Assembly (NCBI GenBank): GCA_009859145.1
Contig: VRVR01000006.1
Location: forward strand, 183,455-247,454
Length of the DNA stretch: 64,000 bases
Origin: Andalucia godoyi And28
Lineage: Eukaryota > Protista > Jakobida
Direction of reading: 5' to 3'
Made by a program: the position numbers and the translations under genes. This document shows positions 30,231 to 44,277 of this stretch, one piece after another; the first letter of the stretch is position 1, and the number at the start of each line of letters is the position of its first letter. The notes below the pieces were generated by a model. The model searched no databases. It saw only the letters and a list, made by a program, of their open reading frames with translations, and was not told the DNA's origin.

Positions 30231-31724
30231 GTGATGCAGAGTTTATTGGGTCAGTTTGTCCGTCGTGCGTCGCGTCCTCGATGTACAAATGCAGATCCTT
30301 GTTGTCGCCTACTTTCGAGCACGACGTCGCAGCGGAACACTGAGCACCACAACAGAATGCACGCTGAAAAGGAGCTCAAAGCTGCAATGAAGATTGTTTA
30401 CAAGAAGATTCATCCAGATCTTCTCTTTCAGGATGAAGCCAAAAAACAGATGAACGTTGAAGCTCTGCAAGTGATTAATTCCGTGGTTTCCGAATTGTCA
30501 TCTCCTGGAAACTCCCATCCCGTAACCCACTCGAGGCACATTGAATTTTACGTGGTGGACCACGTGTCTCACCAGCCCGCTTCTCGTCCTTTGAAAGTTA
30601 CTGTTACCCCTGGGGCCTCTGGTCTTGCTGCGGTTTTCAAGGCGCTCGGCATCTTGGTTCCTACATCTTTCGTCTCGCTGTATGCAAAGCATGCCAGCGA
30701 GCATAATGCTTCGGACGCGCAAGCAGGGTCGCTTCTTCATTTCATGCAGCATCACTTTTCGGAATCAATGTACGTTGAACATGTCACAAAAGAACGAGAC
30801 TACCAGACATTGCGCAACGCGCTGCAGATCAAGTTCAGGTCGTTCCGCCTGGGAATGGAACGCAATACCTTGGAAGAATGTATGAGAGTGCTTTCTGCAT
30901 ACTCGGAGTTGAACATGGAATGGCTGGATTGCGTGGTTTTCATTGGAAGCCCTGCCGACGACAGCAAGTTCGGCGATCGCTCGAATCACGAAATCCAGGA
31001 TGTCTTGGTGGACTCATACGGAAGAGTAATTCTTCCGTTTCTTACAGATTTTACAAATGACATTCGAGCAATTGTTCCGGGATCGGAGAAACACCGTCTC
31101 CTCTTAAACGAAGTCAGAGAGAAGAAGCAGCGAGCAGAAAGGGTGCGAAGACTGGAACAAAAACTTGCCTTTGATCTCGGGTTTTCGGTGGCTTGCGCGG
31201 CGACTCTGACTGTTCACGAATCCAGCACTTATGAAGCGACACTTAACAAGTACATCCACGATTTCTCTTCTGAAGGCAGTTTGCTTCGCAACGCTCGCGC
31301 ATCCAAGTATGGACGATGCTCGCTTATGTTTTCGGCCAGTCCTTCAAAGAACCACCCACATGAATTTTCTCCAGGAGTCCTGATGCTTCCATTGCATCTT
31401 CCTTCTTCCTCGCTGGTGTCATTTTTGCTAGCGAAAGGGCAGAAGATGGTCGAAGCAGAAGTCAGAGAGCGTGCACGCTTGCAGCGCATGATCAAACTGA
31501 CAGTTGAAAAGAAGAAGGATCTGCGTATTCGCGAATTGACTTTCGATCATGGATTGTCGGAAGAACAATTGACAATTGCCTGTTCCCGGCTCGGTGAACT
31601 GGAAAAATGGGGCGAACGCTGCTTCATCCACTTCTCCGCAGAAAAAGAGGCGGTAACGGATTCAAATATTAGAATGAACGACCGTGGCCAAGTAGTTGTT
31701 TACTGGAATTTCGATCTAAGGTAG
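30231..31724 (+). CDS. TCAIM-like mitochondrial protein (DUF4460-type)
   Basis: Arg-rich presequence-like N-terminus followed by KAAMKIVYKKIHPDLLF...NVEALQVIN, the degenerate J-like HPD motif of the family. Confidence 0.7.
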   Translation: MMQSLLGQFVRRASRPRCTNADPCCRLLSSTTSQRNTEHHNRMHAEKELKAAMKIVYKKIHPDLLFQDEAKKQMNVEALQVINSVVSELSSPGNSHPVTHSRHIEFYVVDHVSHQPASRPLKVTVTPGASGLAAVFKALGILVPTSFVSLYAKHASEHNASDAQAGSLLHFMQHHFSESMYVEHVTKERDYQTLRNALQIKFRSFRLGMERNTLEECMRVLSAYSELNMEWLDCVVFIGSPADDSKFGDRSNHEIQDVLVDSYGRVILPFLTDFTNDIRAIVPGSEKHRLLLNEVREKKQRAERVRRLEQKLAFDLGFSVACAATLTVHESSTYEATLNKYIHDFSSEGSLLRNARASKYGRCSLMFSASPSKNHPHEFSPGVLMLPLHLPSSSLVSFLLAKGQKMVEAEVRERARLQRMIKLTVEKKKDLRIRELTFDHGLSEEQLTIACSRLGELEKWGERCFIHFSAEKEAVTDSNIRMNDRGQVVVYWNFDLR

Positions 31725-34013
31725 CCCGTCCCCGAGACTTGTCTTCATATTTTGGAAAAACAAATTCAGATCGTTGGTTGTGGAAGCTGCATTGGGTCGT
31801 ATGGACCGCTGGATCCAAGACGGAAGGTCGTCCGAAATGTGTGGCGTGCCATATCGCTCATCGACAAGCAGAATAGCGGCATAGTCACGGATGTGTCGGA
31901 TCACACGTCCAATGCACTGGTTCACTCGCTTCATGCACATCTTTTCATAGAACTCCTTACCGGAGAACTTGAATTCTGGATGCATGTCCAAAAACTCCAT
32001 GCGTGATGTGAGAACAGGGTCTTCCATCGGAGCGAACGGAAGACCAAGCATAACCAGTACTCGACCGCAAGCATCTGCGAAATTGATACCCTCACTCAAC
32101 TTTCCACCTGCAACCGCAAACAACACCGCTGGCAGCTCTTTCTTGCAATGATTGCTAAACTTGTCCAATATACCTTGAATCTCTCCGCTCTGACGCGGTT
32201 CAACAAACACGGGACACCCGGATGCGACAATTCTGTTAAGGCAGCCGGATTCTCTGCAATGAAGCACAAGACGGTCCAGAAACGAAAAGGATGGAACAAA
32301 CACAACCGCTCCTCCCGGACAGATGCTGCTCACCGATTCCAGCAACACACTGGTATCTTCAAGCATGGGCGCACTAGAGCGATTGCCAAACGTAAATCGA
32401 AACGGTCCACGAGGTCCTGAAGAAATCACTGTGGCGTACACTTGATCGGAAGGAACAACGTGAGGACACTCTACGAAACTGACTCTTCCTGAATTCAACC
32501 CTCGGAACAAAATGCTTTCAAACTCCTGAATGGGCTTCATTGTACCCCCCACACAAATGACAGCATGCGAATCGGCAAGAATTGTCTGCAAGGCCGGCCG
32601 CGGGTCAAGCAAGTACGTTGACAAACAATTCTGCGACGCATCTACGAGGACACGAACATTATCGTCGGAAGACAGCAGTGTTGCAAGAAAACTTCGAAGG
32701 TCATAGGCATAATTGCGACTGTTCGAATCAAGGACGGCATACATTTTCTGAACAAAATCAGAATGCTCCAAGAACCTGGCAATCTCGAACAAGTCCAAGG
32801 ACCCCAGATCCGCGACCGTGACCAACGCAGAGACTTTCAAAGACTTGTTCAGAGAGGCAGACTTGAGGAATGCGAGGAGCTTTTCACACAGGATTTGGAC
32901 GACGTCTGCATGCCGTCGATTCGCAGCAGAGAGACGAGAACCGTATTTTGACAAATAGTCACAGACAGATTGAAGGACTGATGATAAGCCACTGTGGTGC
33001 AGTGTGGCGCGATAGGCCGAAATAACCGCGTCAAACAGATTATGAGCTTCATCGAAAACCACGATGTTGCCCTTCAGGTTAATGTCAAGGGAACGTCGAT
33101 TAGATTCGGAGAGAATAGTCGCGTACGGGCATGTAATGATATTTGCTTCGCGAAGTGATTTTCGCGAAGCAAAGTACGGACAGCTCTCAAGCCTCTTTCC
33201 CTGCTCGCCTCCTTCAACGACCGAGCACGGACTATCGAGCAACACATCGGACAACACGCTTATTCTGTCGCGATCATAAAACGAGCAACGACTGTGTTCT
33301 CTCAAGGTCCGGCAGGTTTCGTTAACAGCCCACGAATCATGATATATGCTTGCATCTGGGTGAATGCACATATGAGATCGCGATCCTAATGACACAAGAG
33401 AAAGCTCCGAGACGTACGACGTTTTCTTGAATTCGGAAATGACCTGGTTCAGCTGGGAGTGCGTACGTGAGCAGAAAAACACTTTCAGCGCTTCAGGGTT
33501 ACTTTCCCCAGCGTCCGTGTCGGAATCCGAGTTAAATCCGCGCTCCACCACTCGACTGATGACATCAAACTGAGAATCTCCAACGGGGCCGGCATCCGCT
33601 CTAGTTTTCTCATCGGCGTCCACTGTGTCATTTCGCTTGACTTTTTTCCGGACATTGATGGGCCTGGATTTCAAACGAGCGAGTCTGGCGCGTCTTCTGT
33701 CTAGCAATGCATTGTGAATTCTGAGACGTTCTGAATCTGCCTCGTGGTCGTCGGAAGTCGTGATCCACTTTGGTATCGATGACGAAGGACGAGGACAATC
33801 TGTACTGTTGTTCGCAGTAATTTTGCTCAACGGCACGCGAAAAGGTTGAGCACATATCCACGAAGACACCGCACAAAGCACGGACAGAGTTTTCCCAGTT
33901 CCTGTTGGAGATTCAAAAATTCCGACAGATCCCGCATCGAGGACGGTCGTGATTCCTTCCATCAAACGAAGCTGCGTCTCATACGGCTTACACGGGAACC
34001 CATAGGGATTCAT
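31716..34013 (-). CDS. DDX11: Fe-S DNA helicase Chl1/DDX11
   Basis: FPCKPYETQLRLM, FESPTGTGKTLS, CSRTHSQLNQ, SLGSRSHMCIH, CPYFASR, VVFDEAHNL, GGTMKP, GGKLSEGINF, NQCIGRVIRH. Likely ATG is 34013; the track ORF extension upstream runs through a microsatellite. Confidence 0.95.
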   Translation of the reverse strand: MNPYGFPCKPYETQLRLMEGITTVLDAGSVGIFESPTGTGKTLSVLCAVSSWICAQPFRVPLSKITANNSTDCPRPSSSIPKWITTSDDHEADSERLRIHNALLDRRRARLARLKSRPINVRKKVKRNDTVDADEKTRADAGPVGDSQFDVISRVVERGFNSDSDTDAGESNPEALKVFFCSRTHSQLNQVISEFKKTSYVSELSLVSLGSRSHMCIHPDASIYHDSWAVNETCRTLREHSRCSFYDRDRISVLSDVLLDSPCSVVEGGEQGKRLESCPYFASRKSLREANIITCPYATILSESNRRSLDINLKGNIVVFDEAHNLFDAVISAYRATLHHSGLSSVLQSVCDYLSKYGSRLSAANRRHADVVQILCEKLLAFLKSASLNKSLKVSALVTVADLGSLDLFEIARFLEHSDFVQKMYAVLDSNSRNYAYDLRSFLATLLSSDDNVRVLVDASQNCLSTYLLDPRPALQTILADSHAVICVGGTMKPIQEFESILFRGLNSGRVSFVECPHVVPSDQVYATVISSGPRGPFRFTFGNRSSAPMLEDTSVLLESVSSICPGGAVVFVPSFSFLDRLVLHCRESGCLNRIVASGCPVFVEPRQSGEIQGILDKFSNHCKKELPAVLFAVAGGKLSEGINFADACGRVLVMLGLPFAPMEDPVLTSRMEFLDMHPEFKFSGKEFYEKMCMKRVNQCIGRVIRHIRDYAAILLVDERYGTPHISDDLPSWIQRSIRPNAASTTNDLNLFFQNMKTSLGDGLP

Positions 34014-34221
34014 TTTCCACGCACATGTGCCAAAAGAAGAAGAAGAAACAAGAAGAAAGAACAGCGAAAGGAAAATCCGCGCACAAAAATGAAAAGAAAG
34101 GCTTGCGGACACTTTTGGTTTTTCCAAGACTCCGACAACAGATACCAGCAAGATCAAGCTACGAGCAGAGAGAGTCCGGGACTTTCGACTTGCGACATTT
34201 AAGGACTGGAGTTTTTCCGTG

Positions 34222-34227
<6 letters not shown>

Positions 34228-34266
<39 letters not shown>
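34228..34266. repeat. (ATT)13 microsatellite
   Basis: Read directly, in the divergent spacer between DDX11 and RMC1. Confidence 0.97.
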
Positions 34267-34370
34267 GTGGTTGTTTGTTTTTCTTTTTTTTTCCCCCAGT
34301 CTGTCTCAATTTTTTCCTCCAAATTGATAATTTGGAACATTGCAAGGCAAGTGTAGTTGCTGTCGGGCTG

Positions 34371-36531
34371 ATGGAATCTTACATCGTGTTGAAAGAGTTT
34401 TGCGCTCTCCATTCCAAAGACATCAACGGAGTGGCTTCGGCAAAGGTTTTTTTTGACGAGGCACGGCACGAAACAGTGGTGGTTACGGACGATGGACACA
34501 TCTGGGCGCTTCCGTATGCATCTGCAACTCAAAGTGTTATTTGTGAGAGCATAGTAGAGGCATGGGGCATAACGCTTGCAAAGTTCTCCCCGGATCAATC
34601 TTCTCTGGCCGTTCGGGTGGAGGACCAGTTGTTGGTATGTGCGCTTGCTCTTTTGCTTCTCATTCACTGTACCCCTGTTATGCTCGTCGATAGGCGTTCT
34701 CGAAATCAGTGTTTAATCCATGTTTCTTTGCTTGTTTGGTTTTTCTTGTAACACGTAGAGGATCAAGGCCCGAATGAGCAATTTATATATGACGCACATG
34801 CTGAATGATTCCCGCAATTCTTGTAACACTTTGCTTGGGTTTGAATGGATCGACAATGAACATCTCTTGCTGGTTACATCAAGCGGAATGGAGATTTTCA
34901 AGCTTTTTCCCACCAAGAAGACATTGAAATGCATTAAGACGTTCCAGACTCCGGTGTCGTGGTATCATTTCGATCACAAGGACCGATTGTTGCTGCTGCG
35001 AGGGGTCGATCACAGTCCTGAGATTTCTGTGCTGGAGATTCTCGATGCAAAGAAGACCATTGGAAGAAATTACCGATTTTCTGTGGTCACTGATTCAAGT
35101 CTTCCTGTTGACACCCACTCTCCTCAAGTTTGCGATCTGCATGTGTTTCGGATGTACGGAAAACTCTTCGTATCCTGCTTTCTCGCTCACCGTCAGGAAG
35201 TGTGGCTGTCTTTCATTTCTGCGGACCGTCTTGAGAGGCAGCTATCGGTCAGTACGCGGAGTTCCGGCCGTGTTCGTCCTTTTGTGATCGACAACATTCT
35301 TGTTTTGTGCAACCTTGATACGTCGCTGTGTCTTCTTTTTGACGCGAGGCATGGCATCGAGACTCCTTTTGTTCCTCCGTTTCCTCCGCTGATTCAGAAC
35401 CAAGATGGCTCTTTTCGGCATATTGACTCACTGTTTACTATTTTTCAAGGGTCGCCTGTTTTCTTTGAAGATTGCTTTCTGTTTGACTCCGTTTCAAAGG
35501 TCGTTTTTCGATTTTCTGTGGATCTTAAGCTCTTGATAAACAACGTTCCCAGCATTCTGGCAGCGTCCACATTCTTGATGCGCCGCGAGAACGCAAAAAA
35601 GGTGCTGTTGGAGCTCGTTCATGATTCAATTCTACGATCCGAGAACCTGGTGTCGATTGGCTCCGTGTTTGACGTCGTCAATCAGGCCTACATTAGTCAT
35701 ATCGTTAAAAAAACGGCGGATGACGGCTCGGGCAGTGGACAGGGTTTTGGTGGTGGTCAACATAATGGGAGTACGATTCGAAGTTCGGATTCCGTCCGAT
35801 CTCGAACGTTTGGTGGCGCAGATGAACGAAGAATGTCTGTAGCATCCTCTGTTTCCTTGTTTTCCAGATCGAATTCGAACAACGAAGAGGACGTGGCACT
35901 CCTCCATGAACTACCGATCATTGGCACTGGAAGTAGTGCGTTTTGTATTGTGGACCAGCATGACATGTATTCGCGTGTGTTCTTTCCTCTGGAAGAACAG
36001 CACTCTGATCATACGGGCTTCATTCTGTCGTCATTGCTGGAGTACATCCGAAGTCTGCATGCATCCTGCATTCCTGTTCAGCATTTCATCTTTGAATTTT
36101 TGATCCGGTGTTTGGTGAAACTCGGAAAGTTTGCGGATTTGCACATTCTCATTCAATATAACGTCATTTCTGCTAGCGTACCAGTGGCGATGGCTTTGTT
36201 TTCTCTCCGTGACGTGTATTATCCAGCCGGGCAGCTGGGGTTGGACATGTTTCAGCGGCTGAGAGATCCACTTCACATCTTCGAACTCCTGCTTGCGAGC
36301 CAGAATGTTGGGGAAGCTATGGAATTCATGTTGACAATTCGCGGACTGCCAAAGTCGTTGGATGCTTTGCTGGAAGCGGCCGCTTCCAAGGGCGACCGGT
36401 ACTTGGCGCTTGTTGTGAGACTTTTTCTCCGTGATTTCCCAGACGTTGTGGCTCCATACCTGAATCTAGATCATGTTTGGTCCGAACGCATAAGACGGGT
36501 TCTTCCAGACGTGGTCGTGTCTTCTCCATAA
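34371..36531 (+). CDS. RMC1: Regulator of MON1-CCZ1 (Mic1/RMC1), 2 exons: 34371-34634 and 34759-36531
   Basis: VFFDEARHE and KFSPD in exon 1; LLGFEW, VIDNILV and the Mic1-domain LLEYIRSL...LIQYNVI...QLGLDMF in exon 2. Intron GTATGT...TAG at 34635-34758 joins the exons in frame. Confidence 0.85.
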
Positions 36532-36613
36532 GAATGTTGAAGTGTATTGCTTTACTTTCTTTTTTTTTTAATTGACGCGTCCTGCCTGCCTTGGCTTTGC
36601 GTTTTCTCATCAT

Positions 36614-37346
36614 TCATAGTTTTCCGCTCACAAAACGGTGGAATTTTGTGGATTGATTCTCAGTAAACTGGATTCCCGCATTCGCCAGGACCGTTGACCT
36701 AAATTTTCCGTCGACTGTGCGTTAGCTCCGCGTCTGATGTCAAGAAAAGAGAGGATAAGAAAAATGAAACGAAAAGAAAAGAAATTTGGATGACGTAAAC
36801 ATACAAATTTGACTTCACGAGTGCGGGGTTCGTGCATTCAATTTCAATTTCATAATTCGTTCCAAATGAATATCGAGTCTCGTCAACTTCCACGACAAGA
36901 CCAGACCATTCAAACTTGGTTCGCAGATTCTCGAATCCGCCAAGCGGACGCACCGAAGACACTCCAAAATCAGAACGAATGAGATCAAAGATTGCCGTGT
37001 TTTGTGGCAGTGTAACCGCCGCCGATCCGGTCTCCGCCAACAAACTCTGCAACAGTGATCGTCCAAGCGTTTCCTCTATCTCCTCTGATCGAGCAACTCC
37101 GTCTTTCACGACAGTCCCTCGTTTCAAGGTGCAAAGCAGCTTGTCTGACCCCGTGTCACGAATTCTGAATATGGACCGCTTGGACGACAGCTCATTCGCG
37201 GGTCCATCGAAGAATGAGTTTCGCTGCAACACACCACCGACATCGGACAAGCATTTGCCGATTTCTGAAAAGAGCGTGATCGCCTTCAGATACGTCGGTC
37301 GATCTGGCAGCACGAGTTTAATCTCCACTTCCGTCCCAGAAATCAT
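36614..37346 (-). CDS. CYTH / triphosphate tunnel metalloenzyme (TTM3-like), 2 exons: 36805-37346 and 36614-36698
   Basis: EVEIKL (ExExK motif), QRNSFFDG, FRIR, EEIEE, GGFENLR, EVDET, YEIEIE. Intron 36699-36804 (GTATGT...GCTAAC...TAG) restores the C-terminus LANAGIQFTENQSTKFHRFVSGKL; total 209 codons including the stop. Confidence 0.9.
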
Positions 37347-37701
37347 CTTGCAGATCACAACGCCTTCTCCGTCATAATCGTCACCACTATCACGGTCGTC
37401 CCTGTCATCGACTCATCCTGCATTTTCCTGATCTCGATCCCCCCGAATGCCCGAAATCTCAGTCAGAACGCTTTTCGATCCACCGGCCGTAATTCAGCCT
37501 TCCAGCCCTGTCATTCGTAGTGTTGCGGGTGAGGAGGGTCCTGCGTTGAGCTCGTGCCCAAAAGTCGTGGCTCGTGGAGCGCTCTGGGAGTTTTCCTTTC
37601 CGCACTCCGAACAAGGTTTTATTTCCCCATCAGGAGTTTTGCGGCTTGCGGGGTTTTGTGTTGCAAAAGACCTTGCTTATTAGCCCCTGCGCGTCTTCCT
37701 C

Positions 37702-39190
37702 ATGTCGCGCGTAACAAAAGAAGAGCTTACTCGTGAATTGAATGTCAGAGTTCGGTGCCAAGGATGGCTGACCAAAGAAGGACGTGTTGTCAAATCATGG
37801 AAAAAGAGATGGTTCGTTCTGCGGGCTGGACGCATCATGTACTTCAAGCAACCGAATGACCCTGTGGAAAGCCTGAAAGGATGCTTGCATTTGAAGGCCT
37901 GTGAGGTTTTTAAGGATGATTCGTATGCCGGATCCACGGAAGACGGCGATTCCGACGGTGAAAATGACGATCAAGAGGCTGCAGACAGTGTGGAAGGCGC
38001 GGAAGAGAGAGAGTATGTGTGGAAATTTGCAATCAAGTGCGCAGACAGAATTTTGAAATGTGCTGCCAAAACTTCTCTTGAGCGAGACGAGTGGGTGAAT
38101 GAGATTTTCAAGAACATTTGTGTGGTTCAATACATTGAAAATTGCAAAGGACGCCTGAAGCCTGTCGTGGCTGCGGTCCAGCATGGTGTCCAGACGCTTT
38201 CCCTGGATGGATCATCCCTTACACTGTCTGATATGAAAGGACTCTCAGCCTTTGTTGCGGACAGGCAACTCTGCAGATTGACCTCTCTGTCTCTGCTGAA
38301 CTGTGGATTGACCGATTCCTTTATGAGACCCCTCGGTTTCGCTCTTCGGACAAATCTTTCTCTCGACTATCTTTGCGTCGCAAGCAATCGCATTACGGAA
38401 TATGGAGTTTCCGAACTTGCAGAAGGGATGTTTTTGAACTGCAATCTTCGATCATTGGATTTGTCGAACAACAATGTATGTTTGCTTCGGAGGATTCTCT
38501 TCTGCATCCTTTTGGTTCTGTTAAGACTAACCTGTTTCTTTTTTTATTTTATGCTTAGATTGGCAATCATGGTGCATTTGTCGTGGGCGATCTTGTGCGA
38601 GCGAATGCCCAGTTGAAATGTATGTCCCTCTTTGTCTTTTCAACAATAGCAATCAAACAAAAAAAAAAAGACTTTGCTTTTTCTTATCTCACATTCGTTT
38701 GTTTTTTGTTGTTCTTTTTCCCTCACTCGCTCGCTTTTTCTTTTCAGGCTTGAATATCTCCACGAACAACATTTCTGCGTTTGGAGTGAAAGGTATAGCA
38801 CCTGCTTTGGAGCATCTTCTTGAACTAGATCTTGGACACAATGATGTTGGGGATGCGGGTGCAGAATTGCTCTCCGGTTTTGTTGGGGGTTCGGTGGAGC
38901 AACTCGGCCTGGCCTTCTGCAACATTGGGAAGTCTGGGATACTCTCCTTGTTTCAAAAAATCAGGTCTTCAAAGACAATTCAGACATTGGATCTGAGAGG
39001 AAACCCAGGGTCTCTTCACAGTAGCGAAGTCGCCAAAGAGATTGTGGATGCGCTCAAACATCTGAAACAGTTTAAATGCCTCTCCCTTTCTGGTGAAGGA
39101 AACGAAGGCATCATATGCTTGTCAGAGGTTCTAAAGAGTCGATTTTCATTCTCAACGTTTATTGCGCAGAAGTTGGTGGGTGTCTCGTGA
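37702..39190 (+). CDS. PH domain plus RI-type leucine-rich repeat protein, 3 exons: 37702-38475, 38559-38619, 38748-39190
   Basis: PH motifs GWLTKEG..VKSWKKRWFVL and ERDEWV; LRRs LSLLNCGL, LDLSNN|I, LDLGHNDVG, LDLRGN. Two GTATGT...AG introns keep the frame (1278 nt). Confidence 0.88.
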
Positions 39191-39197
39191 ATGCACT

Positions 39198-41867
<2,670 letters not shown>

Positions 41868-42183
41868 GCTGGGTTCACAATTCTGCCCTTGTGCTAAAAC
41901 AAAAACAAAAACAATATATATGTAAAAGGAAACTCACTTTACGAGATTGTGCGAAAGAAACGTCCAGGGCGAAATGGACTGCGTGGTGCAGATTCCAGAA
42001 GAATGAATGAAAGAAACGTCATGCTGATGATGAGAGGACTCAAGCAGCCGAGCGTTTTTCCGACCAATTAGACAAATGTCAAAAAGTCCTTTGGTGGACC
42101 GAGTTTGTTGGTTGTTTTGTTTGTTTGATTGGAACGCCCGTGTACTGCTGCTCAACGAGGACGACGACGAGAGCAACAAGAAC

Positions 42184-42930
42184 ATGGCTGTTTATGCGCT
42201 TTTACCAGAAGATACGTTGCGTATATTGATTGTTGGCGCGTCTGGTGTTGGAAAGACAACTATTGTCAAACACATTTGTGGGCAGTCAGGTGCGGATGTG
42301 GCACCTTCGCTTTGCTGCGACATTCAATTCTTGGAGCATGGCAAACGAACTATAGAGTTTTGGGATATAAGCGGAAGCGTCAAAGATGAAGCCCTGTTTA
42401 AGGCTTACCTGAAGGAAACGGATGTGTTCCTTCCAAAGACGACGTACGAGTCCAGCAGGCACTTTGCTTCTCGAAGCCGGCTTCGGTTTCACGGAGTGAT
42501 TGCTGTGTTTGACAGAACAGATCCATCGTCTTTAGATAGGCTGGAAAAGGAATTTTTGCCGTGGATTGCGGAGTTTTCCGATTCAGAATCAGCGAAACCG
42601 CTGCTGCTTCTTGTGGCGAACAAGCAAGACGTGTTTGAAGAGGAGCACAGAATGCAACAGTCGTTGTCATCTGGCCGCTGGCTGTATCGGTTGGTAACCC
42701 TTTGGACGGTTGGATCACAAAGAGACATATCTGAAACCCGAATATCGGGAATCACGAAGAAATTTGAAGACAAGTTTTGTGTGTATTCACGAGTCGTGCA
42801 CAGCAGCGTTGCTGATTTAGCGTATGATGCTGCAGGAAGCCGCACTGAAATCCTTGAATATATCAGCAACGTGGCGAATAACTCCTTATCAAAGGAGTCC
42901 GTTCGATTGAAAGGAGTGAAATTGACCTAA
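42184..42930 (+). CDS. Rab-like small GTPase (RABL3-like, tentative)
   Basis: G1 GASGVGKT, G3 WDISG, GVIAVFD, G4 NKQD, and no C-terminal prenylation Cys. ATG at 42184. Confidence 0.75.
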   Translation: MAVYALLPEDTLRILIVGASGVGKTTIVKHICGQSGADVAPSLCCDIQFLEHGKRTIEFWDISGSVKDEALFKAYLKETDVFLPKTTYESSRHFASRSRLRFHGVIAVFDRTDPSSLDRLEKEFLPWIAEFSDSESAKPLLLLVANKQDVFEEEHRMQQSLSSGRWLYRLVTLWTVGSQRDISETRISGITKKFEDKFCVYSRVVHSSVADLAYDAAGSRTEILEYISNVANNSLSKESVRLKGVKLT

Positions 42931-42963
42931 GTCGCACGAACGTACTTGCTTGTTATGGTTCAT

Positions 42964-44277
42964 TTACAACACCTTGCGAGAAAGGCCATCGTGGACAATT
43001 TCCAACTGTTTAATCCACTTTCCAACGGCCGAAGGCCGCAAACAGAGCTCAACGGCATTGTTGAGAATTAGATAATCATTGGCTTGGTCTACCAACCCGT
43101 CAACCTGGCCGTCCAAAATCAAGAATGTCAGCAGCGACTCGACCTCGTCCACAGAAATATTGAGTTCCTTTGCGATGAAGGAGATCTGCACTGTCTTGAA
43201 TGGTTTGATCAGCTTGATCAGCACCTGTGTTCGGATGCTAGTGAGCAGTTCTTCAACATAGTCTTTCAGAAAGTCGTCGTCCATAATACCACGTCGATTG
43301 TCGTTCAATACACGCTCAAAACTGTAGACATCATCAGACTGGTACGCCTCCAACAACGATGTCATGGCCAGCACTTCTGGGTCATTTTTGTACGGCTTTG
43401 CCTCTTGCGAATCAAATGGATCAATATTCGACCGGTTCAACATTGAAGAGAGAACGAGGTATTTCAAACACTGGGTGCGCCTTGGATGACCTGCTTCATC
43501 GTAGCTCTTGAACGCTTCAAAGAAGGCAGAAGTGGCTTCCGACCACCTTTTGTCCATCATGTGCATCTTCCCGCCGCATTCGCGTATCACGCCCATAATT
43601 CGTGGGTGTGGAATGGCGGCTCTAACACGCAAGGACTTTTCATACAATTCCTTCAACCTCTTGTTGTTGCGCTGCGCTGTGCACAGCATGATGTCAAGTG
43701 CATATACTTCCAGAAGCTGTGTTCCTCTTTTGGAGTCCGTGTTTCCAGCATCAGAGTTGCAGAATCCGTAAAGATCTTTCAGAATCCTTGAGACGCGGAC
43801 AAAGTCTGATGCCTCAAATGCCAACCTTCCTGACCGAAGCAGCGCCGAGAACCACAACCGCTCATTTTGATTACCCTCCAAAGCAGACAACGTTAGCGTA
43901 CATAGTTCCTGGAGCACATGCAGTGCGCAAGAGGACGTTGAAACGTAGTCTAGCAGTGAATTAATTGCTTTTTCAGAATCGTTTCGAGTAACTGCCGATT
44001 TGGTATAACTGAGTAACGCACGGAATTGGTCAATTACTTCAGAGGATCGATTGAGCTTCGCAAGCACTTTAATGGATCGTTTCAACGCTTTGAACCCCCA
44101 CTTTCCCTTTTCTGTTTCCATATCCAGCACTCGAGCAAAACCGGCAAGGGCGGCCTGGGGATCGCTGTCAACAATGCTCTTTGCGGAATAATACTCATTT
44201 TCTATGTCCACGTCCTCTTCCATGTTCTCATCCTCGTCTTCATACTCAAACTCATACTCCATCTCATCGTCACTCAT
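42964..44277 (-). CDS. COPS2: COP9 signalosome subunit 2
   Basis: EYEFEYED, VDIENEYYSAK, WGFKALK, NERLWF, GTQLLEVYALDI, IPHPRIMGVIRECGGKMH, PFDSQEAKPYKNDPE, and a PCI domain. Confidence 0.98.
   Translation of the reverse strand: MSDDEMEYEFEYEDEDENMEEDVDIENEYYSAKSIVDSDPQAALAGFARVLDMETEKGKWGFKALKRSIKVLAKLNRSSEVIDQFRALLSYTKSAVTRNDSEKAINSLLDYVSTSSCALHVLQELCTLTLSALEGNQNERLWFSALLRSGRLAFEASDFVRVSRILKDLYGFCNSDAGNTDSKRGTQLLEVYALDIMLCTAQRNNKRLKELYEKSLRVRAAIPHPRIMGVIRECGGKMHMMDKRWSEATSAFFEAFKSYDEAGHPRRTQCLKYLVLSSMLNRSNIDPFDSQEAKPYKNDPEVLAMTSLLEAYQSDDVYSFERVLNDNRRGIMDDDFLKDYVEELLTSIRTQVLIKLIKPFKTVQISFIAKELNISVDEVESLLTFLILDGQVDGLVDQANDYLILNNAVELCLRPSAVGKWIKQLEIVHDGLSRKVL

Noticed and set aside
34014-34667. 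218-aa N-terminal extension of DDX11 shown in the ORF track
   Set aside because: It runs antisense through RMC1 exon 1 and the (ATT)13 repeat (giving poly-Ile). Helicase homology starts at MNPYGFP (34013).
37447-37683. 78-aa ATG ORF just upstream of the PH-LRR gene
   Set aside because: No motif and no GTATGT-type donor linking it to the downstream gene. It could be a uORF but cannot be supported from sequence alone.
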